A stretch of DNA of 64,000 nucleotides from Macrostomum lignano (taxonomy: Eukaryota). Made by a program: the position numbers and the translations under genes. Of the stretch, positions 24,792 through 41,311 are shown piece by piece (position 1 is the stretch's first letter; each line of letters opens with the position of its first letter). The notes under the pieces were generated by a model. That model saw nothing but the letters and a program-made list of their open reading frames with translations. It was not told where the DNA came from and did not search any database. The stretch spans positions 186,001 through 250,000 of the forward strand of contig NIVC01000412.1 of assembly GCA_002269645.1 (NCBI GenBank), written 5' to 3'.

Positions 24792-25753
24792 ATGATGGGT
24801 GCGCCCGGAAAGTCAAGCAAGGTAAGTACGAGCTCGTATAAGACATTATAATTTTTAACAGTTTTATAGCTAATTAAGTAATACAATCGTAAACTATACC
24901 ATAAACAATCCTGTTCAATTTACAGACTACCCACAATCTGCACAGTTCTGCTAGAAATAGTAGAAGTGCTTTTGCTCGGCAGTGCCTGTTTGATACCGCG
25001 ATGGACCTTTTGAAAAGGTTCTGCGCCGTTGTAGCACTGTCCGGGTTTATTGAGCTGATGAAGAAGTACTTGAACTACAGCTGGGCCCCTTTTGAGATCA
25101 ACGACCTGGTGATGGTGCGATTTCCAATCGAGACAGTGCTGCTTGTCCTGGCCTTTGACTGCCTGGACATGGCTATTGAAAACCGTCAACGTCAAGCCGC
25201 GCTCGCTCCTGAGACAGCCAGCCTTTACATACGTTTCATTATACTCCCAATTGTGCGGTTTGCTTCGAAGTGCAGGAGAAACCTAGTTTTCCTGGCGTGC
25301 GAGCTGCAGCTGGTTGGAAACTGGACCCGGCAGATGAGCCGTCAAGTGATGGACGCGTCGCTTGGTATTATTGACGTCCTCACGAAGCTGGCTGATCTGC
25401 TAAAAAAGATTCTATCAGCCATCGGATACGTGCTGTGGCCACTGAGATGGGCTGTCGACAAGTGTCTTGGAGCAAATAGAAGAGACCGAAACCGAAACTT
25501 CAACAACAAAGCTTCAGCCGCAGCCGTCGCGAAGAGTAATGACAACAAAAAGAACGGAACCGAACAGAGCGGTGAATCGAATGGGAATACATCGCTCGTG
25601 CAGTACAATCTGTATCTTGTTAGACAAAACGATAACCAGCGTGATGATTTCTATGACCAGCAGCAGCTGATGGAGCGGGTGAGGCTGGCCATCGGAAATG
25701 GCGAGCAGCCGCATCAGAGCTGGCAGCAACAGACAACGATAGAGGAACAGTAG
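24792..25753 (+). CDS. Orphan membrane-associated protein B, about 285 aa; exons 24792-24821 and 24926-25753 (paralog of 20057-21045, single copy of the 25-aa helix)
   Basis: Same two-exon layout in frame; strong amino-acid identity over MDLLKRF...LADL; adds an Asn-rich segment. Confidence 0.7.
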
Positions 25754-26984
25754 CTTGCAGAACGGCCCGAACAGAGAGGTAACTTTCAGAGGACTTTTTG
25801 AGTAGTGCATATTTCTAATTGTCGAAGTTGTTTGTTTCTTTGTGTTTGTCTGTACCTAAAGGGGGCGACATGTGCTACTCACTTAATTAAATTTCTAATA
25901 TTCACGCATGCTCCTTTCGTGTGCATGTATAATTAATAATTCAATCAACTCAATAGACTGAAAAAACTCAAACAATTAAAAATCTCAATAAAATACGAAA
26001 TAAATCAATATGCCAGATTATGTTTTGAGCCCGATCTTGTAATTGATTAATTCATTAAAATGTTAATTCAATTCGATATTACACGTATGTATCTGATGGC
26101 TTGCGCAAAATGACCGTGCTGGTAACAAACATGTAGGTCGTAGTTGCTTTGTCCGTCTTCAAACAGTTTCATCAGGTAATAAATACACGCATCTTAACTC
26201 AACAGGCCCTAGAAGTAGGCTCTGCTTGATCCTTCTACCCAAGTTAACAAAATTAAAGTTAATCAAAGTTAACAAAACAAAATCAGTTCTCACTCAGCAC
26301 GTGAGCCGCTGCCTCTGCAATAAGGGGGTTGCTCTGTTTCTTGCGGCTGTACCCGAAAATCTGGGTCTTCAATTTTGACTTTTTGTAAAAAATGCTTGCG
26401 CTTTGTACAGCAGTTGGACTGTTTTTCACGTATTGAGGATTTAACTATTGAACATTAAAAAACGATAAAACGTGAGAGAAACCGTCGCGGTGTAATTGCA
26501 ACATTTTATTAATTTTAATTTGAATTCCATAGTCAAAATCACTACGAGCTCGTAGCTATTGGTTATGGATGCAGCAAGCATGCAAAAGAAGAAATTTATC
26601 AAAACTACCAGCGTATTACAAGAGCAAGGAGGAACCTGACATGCTGTGAGTTGTCGCAGTCGCAGACCTCATCCAAGGATGCATGGGCTTGCCCCATGTG
26701 GTGCAGTTGATCCTAGTCAAAGATCGAGCATTGGCAGAAAAATGCTGGGCATTTTTATTATCTACACCACAGATAATACTTCTTTATACGACCTTCGACA
26801 GTTTCGTAATTTAAGTCCTCTGTCGAATGTTCCGACTTAAAGAATAAAAATGAAAGGCCCGTGCATTACAGTAAGTCTTTTGACGTAGCACCTGCGACAA
26901 TAAACTTTTGGTCGTTCTTGCCTGGGCGTACACGAGCACACTTAGAGGCCTGTTAAGCTTGCAAATGAACTTAAGAGGCACTTA

Positions 26985-27335
26985 TATATATATATTTATA
27001 AGTGCTATATACAAGTATTATATATATATATTATGTAAATAATAAACGCCGTTTAATTCACATTCTGTGGTTAGAATGTCCGAGGCTGCGTTTAATGGTC
27101 TCGAGGCGAGCGTAGCGAGCCGAGGACCATTGATTGTAGCCGAGGATATTCTAACCATAGACTATGATGAATTAAACGGCGTTTATCATATATTAAATTC
27201 GATTGCTCCTGATTTCGAGGAGATTATATGATATAATATCCTAGTTTTTGTTAAAAATTACCACAGACAACACATTCCCGGCTCAGAATAGTACAATTTT
27301 TTAACAATTAAATAAGCAATCGTATTTTATATAAC
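26985..27335. mobile_element. ~350-bp insertion with a long hairpin (27042-27186), absent from the paralogous unit
   Basis: ataaacgccgtttaattca / tgaattaaacggcgtttat plus nested inverted pairs around gcgagcgtagcgagc. Unit 1 joins the two flanks near 22800-22820. Boundaries are approximate. Confidence 0.55.
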
Positions 27336-27580
27336 AGACTAGCTAAGAAAACATAGACTGAAAAATGAAAATAGATTTTGTGCAAATAGAACTTGCATTA
27401 TCTACACATAGCTCGTAAAAGCAAATTTCCTAAGAAATTAATAGCTACGACAGAAGATAAATGATGAACTAGCATGCTAAAAAAGCAATTCATCGCGACT
27501 TTTGCAAAAGTTTACAACGCGAACTCGAATATGCAGCTCATAAGTAAAAACTGATAAATCAAAAACGATGATGAGCAGTA

Positions 27581-28514
27581 CTAAGCGAGCTCAACTACAG
27601 TCGCAGAACTATTTCGCTCCTCCGTGCGACGCCCACAACAACGAGAACAACAGCATCGGCAGCAGCGCTTTGGCGATAATGTACGGAAAAAGGCCCTTCG
27701 AAAGTTGCTGCCCATGAAGTAAACTGGTCAGCTAAGGGCTAAATGTAAAACTTCCTCGTTGGACTCGGACCAATCAAGTACACATGCGAAATAAAACATC
27801 ACTGAACTGTAAGGCAGGCAGCTAGGACACAGCGAAAAGCACGTTAATAAACACGAGCAGAGGCTGATTCGAACCAGCGACCTCTGACGCTGTCGGCAGC
27901 TGTGGGGCTGCAGGCTGATCTGACCAGCTGCTCGATTGCTTCTGTAGATGCAGACGCAAATTCCGACTGTTCCCAGCGTCATCGCCGACTGAAGAAAGAT
28001 TCGACCGAAGAACAGCTCCACTTTGATGTAGGTGATACTAAGCTGCTGATTGCGCCTTGAACGAATATGTACATATAAATACATGTACATAACGGGCAGT
28101 ACCAGTGCGGCTGCAGTGATGACGGCCAGCAAGATACGGCTTCTCCTGCGAGTCAGAATCTACTGCGCTCGCATCGGCGCCGCCACAGCAACCAGACGAT
28201 CCACGGTGAGGCCCAGTTGGAAGAAGTGCGCTCCCACAGTTGATCGAGTACACTCTGGTGAGTAGATAAACGGCTAACATACTTAATCAGTCTTCAAATA
28301 GAAATTTAAATCGGCCTGTAATTCGATGCAGTTCCTCGAGGTATTGCAGAGGTCCGTGCAGAGTGACGGCCAGAAAGTCGTTGGCAGTGATGATGAGCAG
28401 GTACTGCCGAGTGACTCTGGGAAAGGACTCTCGGTTCTTCAGAATCACCCAGAATGAGCAGCCGTTCGCTATCGCGCCGGTGATGAACAGCAGAGGAAAC
28501 AGCCACGTGTAAAA
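27581..28514 (-). pseudogene. GPCR pseudogene, inverted near-copy of 16401-17327
   Basis: Shares the TM7 deletion and premature TGA of the 16-kb copy, with a 4-bp insertion near 28246 and a further frameshift near 27865. Upstream non-coding similarity extends to about 28745. Confidence 0.8.
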
Positions 28515-29322
28515 CTAAAGCGTTATTTGCTGCTCAAACTTGAAAAACTTATCGATTTCAAATCGTGGCACGTTCATGTTGCAAACGTAGAATAATAAAC
28601 GCTAGTCAGATGCGCGTCTGTTCTGGCGCAGCGCAGGTGATTTTATCATGAAGTGAAAGCGTGCGCATAATTAGACATTCGCCATCGAATTGCGTCCGGG
28701 GCGGTGCAGTTGGCGATCAAACCCAGCATCTCATCGCCGACATTCACTAATGCGCTCAGACGAATTGGTTGTTAGGGGCCTATCGGATTACTCTACAATG
28801 CGTAAGTATTCGAAGAACAAATCCATATACTAAATATATGTCTATAAGTCTTAGATATAAATTCTTATTAATTGGAAAAAGTGAAGCTTAACGAGACAGT
28901 GGAAGAAATATCCGGCGGCCCGTCTGGTGCAGAATTCAATTTAGTAAATCTGCTCTTCGCAAAGTTAATTGCTATTCGGTGTGTCATTTTACTGAGTGCA
29001 TGTATAGTTAATTCGATCTGGCGTGTCCGTAGGGTTGCATCCAACACTACGTGACTTCTATAATCTAAATTCATCGTGGTAATTTTATCCAAGTCTACTA
29101 CATCGCACGTACATATTGATTAGGACTCCTTTTTGAAATTCTAAATTCGCAAACTGGACTCGTACAGTATGGACTACTGGGAGTAGGCCGCCAGTGTTTC
29201 TTGCCAATTTTTCGAAGTCGAGGTCCGGGCTCGACTCAAAGTCGAGAATTCGGGTTAAGTCATTTCTTTCTTTGCTCTTTTGCAAGACGCAAGTCTGAGA
29301 ATAATGGCAACGGAGCTGTAAG

Positions 29323-29368
29323 CAAGGACTACTAGACTTGATAAACAAAGTGTTCCTAGTGGTCCTTG
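29323..29368. mobile_element. 46-bp minimal CAAGGAC-family element, 8-bp TSD GCTGTAAG
   Basis: caaggactactag ... ctagtggtccttg (13-bp inverted ends, 1 mismatch); gctgtaag at 29315-29322 and 29369-29376. Confidence 0.75.
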
Positions 29369-31061
29369 GCTGTAAGCTAAGCTTCGTTGTTTTAAATGTA
29401 GCATTTAGATCTTTATTGTAGAAAATTTAACCCTTGCAACTGCATGATTATTCTTAGTTAAAATTATTGTCTGTTCCTCGTAAATCTCTCGTTTGGGTGG
29501 GCGCTCGGCACCAAGCGCCGATATTACCCAGGCGCGTCATTCGAACGGCGCTTGGCGCCGAGCACCAACCAAAAAGGGCCTTTTCGAAGTCCGTTAAAAG
29601 TGTCTTATCTACTCTAGTATTTAGCCTGCTCGAGTATTTCCCCTATTTGAAAGCTGTTATGCACACCAGGAAGCAAGACGTTAATAGTCTAGCCAAAGAA
29701 ATACTCTCCAAAACGCAACATTGCAACACAGCAAGAGATCTCAAGCAACACAATCACTTAACCTCATGCAGTCGTGTAGACATGTACTGAGTCATGATGA
29801 CGTGAGTGAGCCTTATAGTCTGCCTGCCACCCACGGCCACAACTCACTTAAGTTTATTACAATTGTAATGTACGTATAATCGAGTTAAAACTCCTGGATC
29901 CGTCTCAGTACCCGACATTTTCTAGCCCTAGCATTGGCACAGCGAGCGATTCACTTCAGCTCACTACACTGCAAATAATTCGATTGGTTTTTAAAATCCC
30001 GCCCAGGCGCACTGGGGGTTTAGGGTGGCGTTTTTAAATAACTGAATTCATTTAATTTAAATCATTGCAACAGTCACGCTCGCCCCCCTGGACCAACTTC
30101 GGCGACACAAGCCTGACAGCAGTGGAAGCGGCGCGACTGCGATAACCGACCTGAACGGCGACCTCCGCTCTGAGGGGGCGGTGATGCCCACCAACCTGCC
30201 AACGGTGACGCCCGGCAGCGAGGTACCTCCGATCTCGACCACGTCAGAGGAGGCCGAGCACAACCCGGCGGCGAGCTCAGTTCCGGGTACCCCCGGAACC
30301 CACTGGAGAGCAGAGCCGGAAGTGACACGACAACATCGCGGCTCAGAGACCGAGCTACAACCTCCGAGCGAATCGAGGCGTGCCTCCGTTGCGATTCGAA
30401 TGGGGGAGATGAAGTATTGGGCGTGTATTGATGTACTGCACTGCGCCTGATTCACCTTAGTTCAATTACGAGCAAATCTAACTAGCCAGTTAACCAGCCT
30501 AACTAGCCAAACAAGCCTTCCCCAATGTACGCGGCCTGTGTACACACACAATCTCTCCCTCCCTTGGCATGACAATATTCAGTCGCGAAATATATTCTGA
30601 GTTTTAAGCCTACTTACTTGCTATCTCTTACGTCACTCATTAGGTAATGTTGTTGATTGTTTACATATGTAACTAACTCCATGTAGCAGTTCCTACAAGT
30701 TAATAGTCAAGACTAGCAATCTAGCGCCCCCCTTCGGGGTGGCCAATAAGCAAGGGACGAATCCTTTAAAGTGAAAAAAAATTCTTAGGGAGGGGGCTAG
30801 GAATCGAATTCTCATTTTAATTCCAGGCTTATGTACCAATAAAACATGTTTGTGCAGAATTTTATAACAGACATTGAAATTCAACCATACTTGCCTTCTT
30901 TCAGAGCTACTTCTACCAGTATGCTTCAGTACGCTACCAGTACCCTTGTAAGCCTTGACATGTCAGCAATCCCTCCCCACAAGCCTTAACATATCAACTC
31001 CCCCTTGACATCTCAGCGATGCTCCCATAAGCCTTGAAATCTTAAAAAATCTGTCTACTTT

Positions 31062-31101
31062 CTAACCCTAACCCTAACCCTAACCCTAACCCTAACCCTA
31101 A
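31062..31101. repeat. (CCCTAA)6 telomere-type repeat, interstitial
   Basis: Six exact CCCTAA units, inside the first of two ~430-bp degenerate direct repeats (about 30950-31830). Confidence 0.85.
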
Positions 31102-31959
31102 AGCATTGAAATTTCAGTAATTCTCTCTAAGAGTCATTATAGCACTACTACAGCATTATAGCGATTCCCTGCAAGCCTCGACATCGTAGGGATTCCTAAA
31201 TGAATCTCTTAACTTCGACATGAAGCTTCTTTTTTTTACATTACGCTTTTTCTATCAGCGATCCCTCCCGTGAGGAGCCAACAAATAATGTAATAACTTT
31301 TTTCCAATAAACTACATGTAGCTTCTGACATTAGCCTTGACATCTCATTTATTCCCCCGTGAGCCTTGACATCTCAGCTATAGATAGATAGATAGATAGA
31401 TTCCCCTCGTAAGCCTTGACATGTCAGCGATGCCCCCATAAACCTTGAAATCTAAAAAATCCCCTGTTAACCTTGAAACGCGCTAAAATCTAACCCTCAA
31501 CCCAAATCTGACGTAAACCTAACTTTCACCCAACCTAAAGCCTTGAAATCACAGCAATTCTTCTTCCCTAAGCCTTGGCATTTAAATGATTCCTTCTTTA
31601 AGAATCACAGCACTATAACGATTCCCTCCAAGCTTTGACATCGTAGCAATTCCCAAATGAATCTTTTAACTTTGACATGACTTTTATTTTATGTATACAT
31701 AGTGCTCCTTTTATTTTTACATGACTCTTTTTCTATCAGCGCCCCCCCCCACCGTGGCAAGCCAACAAAGAATGCAATAAAAAAACTTAAGTAAAGTACA
31801 TGTACTTTGAAGTAGCTTCTGACTTTTGCTTTAACATCTCAGAAACCCCCCTGTAATCTCAGTTATTCTCTGTGAGCCTTGACGTCTCAGTGATTCTCCC
31901 CAGCACAGCACTATAGCTTCATTTAATTTTTATGACACTTGTTTCATGTCTGACATGAC

Positions 31960-33295
31960 GCTTCTTTTGATTTTTACGTTACGCTTCTTTTATTCTTCCA
32001 TGATGCTTCTTAATTTTTTAAATGACACACTTTCATTAGTTTTTATATGAGGCTTCTATGATTTTTTCATGACGCTTCTATGTTAACATGACGCTTCTAT
32101 GCTTGTTTACATGACGCTTTTATGATTGTTTACATGACGCTTTTATGATTGTTTACATGACGCTTCTATGCTTGTTTACATGACGCTTTTATGATTGTTT
32201 ACATGACGCTTTTATGATTGTTTACATGACGCTTGTATGATTGTTTACATGACGCTTCTATGATTTTTTACATGACGCTTCTATGATTTTTACATGACGC
32301 TTCTGTGATTTTTACATGACGCTTCTATGATTTTTTCATGACGCTTCTATGATTTTTACATGACGCTTCTATGATTTTTACATGACGCTTCTATGATTTT
32401 TTACATGACGCTTCTATGATTGTTTACATGACGCTTCCATGATTGTTTACATGACGCTTCTATGATATTTTATGACGCTTTTATGATTTTAACATGACGC
32501 TTCTATGATTTTTTACATGACGCTTCTATGATTGTTTACATGACGCTTGTATGATTGTTTACATGACGCTTCTTTGATTTTAACATGACGCTTCTATGAT
32601 TGTTTACATGACGCTTCTATGATTTTTACATGACGCTTCTATGATTGTTTACATGACGCTTCTATGATTTTTTACATGACGCTTCTATGATTGTTTAAAT
32701 GACGCTTCTATGATTTTTACATGACGCTTCTATGATTGTTTACATGACGCTTCTATTTTTGTTTACATGACGCTTCTATGATTGTTTACATGACGCTTTT
32801 ATGATTGTTTACATGACGCTTCTATGATTTTTACATGACGCTTCTATGATTTTTACATGACGCTTCTATGATTGTTTACATGACGCTTCTATGATTGTTT
32901 ACATGACGCTTGTATGATTGTTTACATGACGCTTCTATGATTTTTTATGACGCTTTTATGATTTTAACATGACGCTTCTATGATTTTTTACATGACGCTT
33001 CTATGATTGTTTACATGACGCTTGTATGATTGTTTACATGACGCTTGTATGATTTTAACATGACGCTTCTATGATTGTTTGCATGACGCTTCTATGATTT
33101 TTTATGACGCTTTTATGATTTTACATGACGCTTTTATGATTTTAACATGACGCTTCTATGATTGTTTACATGACGCTTCTATGATTTTTACATGACGCTT
33201 CTATGATTTTTACATGACGCTTCTATGATTTTTACATGACGCTTCTATGATTGTTTACATGACGGTTGTATGATTGTTTACATGACGCTTCCATA
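31960..33295. repeat. Minisatellite, 22-23 bp unit (acatgacgcttctatgattgttt), about 55 copies
   Basis: Tandem array, period 23 (32109 to 32132). Confidence 0.95.
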
Positions 33296-33351
33296 ATTTT
33301 TTTTGTCTTGGCGTTAAAAAGCTTTAATTAAAAAAAACTCTTCTCTCTAAA

Positions 33352-33412
33352 AATTCGAACCATCGTCCCTGCATTTAGCAGTTTAGTCTGTTTACCTCTA
33401 GGCTAGCTCTCA
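33352..33412 (-). other. Degenerate tRNA-like module (copy 1 of 3)
   Basis: Minus strand gagagctagcctagag...ctgctaa...ggttcgaat; homologous to 41250-41311 and 55983-56042. Confidence 0.5.
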
Positions 33413-33454
33413 TGAATTTTAGTCATTACCCCTAAATAGAAAATATTCCCAAGA

Positions 33455-33675
33455 CAGCAAGCATCCCCCAGTAGCAAGCATCCCCTAATACTCCTAGCAA
33501 GCATCCACCCAGATAGCAAGCATCTGCAGATAGCAAGCATCTGCAGATAGCAAGCATCTTGCAGATAGCAAGCATCTTGCAGATAGCAAGCATACCCCAA
33601 ATAATGTAGAAGCATCCTTCCAGATAGCAAGCATCCTGCACATAGCAAGAATCCCTAAATAGCAAGCATCCCTGG
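33455..33675. repeat. Minisatellite, 17-19 bp unit (agatagcaagcatc core), same family as 50170-50700
   Basis: Tandem gatagcaagcatc with the same lead-in (aa.tcttcccaagac..caagcatccccc) as at 50165. Confidence 0.85.
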
Positions 33676-34150
33676 ATAGAAATAATCCTATACATGTAGC
33701 CAAGCTTATCAAGCGCAGTAATCCTTGGCTATCGAGTGCAGTAATCCTTGGTTTATTAATAGCAATAATCCATGGCTTATCGAGTGCAGTAATTCTTGGT
33801 TTGCCAAGTGCAGTAAGTAATCCTTGGTTTATTAATAGCAATAATCCATGGCTTATGAGTGCAGTAATCCTTGGTTTATTAATAGCAATAATCCTTGGCT
33901 TATCGAGTGCAGTAATCCTTAGTTTGCCAAGAGCAATAGTTCTTGGTTTATTGAGTGCAGTAATCCTTGGTTTATTAATAGCAATAATCCTTGGCTTATC
34001 GAGTGCAGTAATCCTTGGTTTATTAATAGCAATAATCCTTGATTAATCAAGTGCAGTAATCCTTGGTTTGCCAAGAGCAATAGTCCTTGGTTTACTTACT
34101 TACTTACTACTGACGGGGGGCGCAGGCGCCGCGAATAGGCCGCGAGGCCC

Positions 34151-39062
<4,912 letters not shown>

Positions 39063-41249
39063 TTATCCCAGGATTGCTCCCAGGCGAGGCTCCGGCAGGC
39101 CCCCGGTCCACACTCTGCAAGATCAGGGGGCGGGAGGCCGGCTGCGGGCTTGGGACACAGGCGCCAGGTCGAGTTGACAGCCGACGCCCGAGCCCTCCCC
39201 CACAAGAGCGGCCCTCGAGAACCCGTGTGGTACCAGTTGCAACTAAGGGCTGTCGATGGGTAGTTGGCGCTTAGCCAGCAGCCAACTACTTAGCAGCCAC
39301 CTGCCCCGCAAAAAAGCAGCAGGGGGGATCCGTCCCCCACCAGCAGACCAAGACGAGGAAGCTAGCCGCTTCCACGCCAGGCCAGAACGAAAAGGAGGGG
39401 GAAGAGCCTCCTCGAAAAACGAAAAGCTGGCGGATGTCACAGAGTCCCTCGGTTTAAGTTGCCGTTTGCCCCCCTAGTCCTTGGTTTATTGAGTGCAGTA
39501 ATCCTTGGTTTATTAATAGCAATAATCCTTGGCTTATCGAGTGCAGTAATCCTTGGTTTGCCAAGTGCATAATCCTTGGTTTATTAATAGCAATAATCCT
39601 TGGTTTATCGAGTGCAGTAATCCTTGGTTTATTAATAGCAATAATCCTTGGCTTATCGAGTGCAGTAATCCTTAGTTTGCCAAGAGCAATAGTTCTTGGT
39701 TTATTGAGTGCAGTAATCCTTGGTTTATTAATAGCAATAATCCTTGGCTTATCGAGTGCAGTAATCCTTGGTTTGCCAAGTGCATAATCCTTGGTTTATT
39801 AATAGCAATAATCCTTGGTTTATCGAGTGCAGTAATCCTTGGTTTATTAATAGCAATAATCCTTGGTTTATTAATAGCAATAATCCTTGGCTTATCGAGT
39901 GCAGTAATCCTTGGTTTGCCAAGAGCAATAGTCCTTGGCTTATCGAGTGCAGTAATCCTTGGTTTGCCAAGAGCAATAGTCCTTGGTTTATTGAGTACAG
40001 TAATCCTTGGTTTATTAATAGCAATAGTCCTTGGTTTATCGAGTGCAGTAATTTTTGGTTTATTAATAGCAATAATCCTTGGCTTATCGAGTGCAGTAAT
40101 CCTTGGTTTGCCAAGTGCATAATCCTTGGTTTATTAATAGCAATAATCCTTGGTTTATCGAGTGCAGTAATCCTTGGTTTATTAATAGCAATAATCCTTG
40201 GCTTATCGAGTGCAGTAATCCTTGGTTTATTAATAGCAATAATCCTTGGTTTATTAATAGCAATAATCCTTGGCTTATCGAGTGCAGTAATCCTTGGTTT
40301 GCCAAGAGCAATAGTCCTTGGCTTATCGAGTGCAGTAATCCTTGGTTTGCCAAGAGCAATAGTCCTTGGTTTATTGAGTACAGTAATCCTTGGTTTATTA
40401 ATAGCAATAGTCCTTGGTTTATTGAGTGCAGTAATTTTTGGTTTATTAATAGCAATAATCCTTGGCTTATCGAGTGCAGTAATCCTTGGTTTGCCAAGTG
40501 CATAATCCTTGGTTTATTAATAGCAATAATCCTTGGTTTATCGAGTGCAGTAATCCTTGGTTTATTAATAGCAATAATCCTTGGCTTATCGAGTGCAGTA
40601 ATCCTTGGTTTATTAATAGCAATAATCCTTGGCTTATCGAGTGCAGTAATCCTTGGTTTATTAATAGCAATAATCCTTGGCTTATCGAGTGCAGTAATCC
40701 TTGGTTTATTAATAGCAATAATCCTTGATTAATCAAGTGCAGTAATCCTTGGTTTGCCAAGAGCAATAGTCCTTGGTTTATTGAGTGCAGTAATCCTTGG
40801 TTTATTAATAGCAATAATCCTTGGCTTATCGAGTGCAGTAATCCTTGGTTTATTAATAGCAATAATCCTTGGCTTATCGAGTGCAGTAATCCTTGGTTTA
40901 TTAATAGCAATAATCCATGGCTTATCGAGTGCAGTAATCCTTGGTTTGCCAAGAGCAATAGTCCTTGGCTTATCGAGTGCAGTAATCCTTGGTTTGCCAA
41001 GAGCAATAGTCCTTGGTTTATTGAGTGCAGTAATCCTTGGTTTATTAATAGCAATAGTCCTTGGTTTATTGAGTGCAGTAATCCTTGGTTTATTAATAGC
41101 AATAATCCTTGGCTTATCGAGTGCAGTATTCCTTGGTTTGCCAAGAGCAATAATCCTTAGCTTATCGAGTGCAGTAATCTAAGTGTTTTTATTTAGTCCT
41201 TTAATAAAAGCTTTTAATAAAAAATTTTACACTACTACTTTTAAACTAC

Positions 41250-41311
41250 TTAGATTCGAACCCAGGTCGCTGCATTAGCAGTCTGGTCTGCTCAGCTCTA
41301 GGCTAGCTCTC
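41250..41311 (-). other. Degenerate tRNA-like module (copy 2; best preserved, Ser-GCT-like loop)
   Basis: gagagctagcctagagctgagcagaccagactgctaatgcagcgacctgggttcgaatc has A-box-like and B-box (ggttcgaatc) motifs but no convincing acceptor stem. Confidence 0.55.

Larger units (their letters stand above)
19850..28760. repeat. Tandem segmental duplication: unit 1 about 19850-23380, unit 2 about 24585-28760 (orphan gene plus convergent GPCR)
   Basis: Collinear similarity in coding and non-coding parts, e.g. 19860 vs 24598, 21380-21700 vs 26170-26520, and 22860-23040 vs 27390-27560. Confidence 0.85.

Noticed and set aside
31062-31101. True chromosome end
   Set aside because: Only 40 bp long and flanked by complex sequence on both sides.
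39749-41182. Hydrophobic LGLLIAII/LGLSSAVI ORFs resembling membrane proteins
   Set aside because: They are translations of the 24-bp satellite, with frames switching at 23-bp variants.
41250-41311. Functional tRNA-Ser gene
   Set aside because: There is no acceptor stem or long variable arm, and three diverged copies lie within repeats; kept only as a tRNA-like module.
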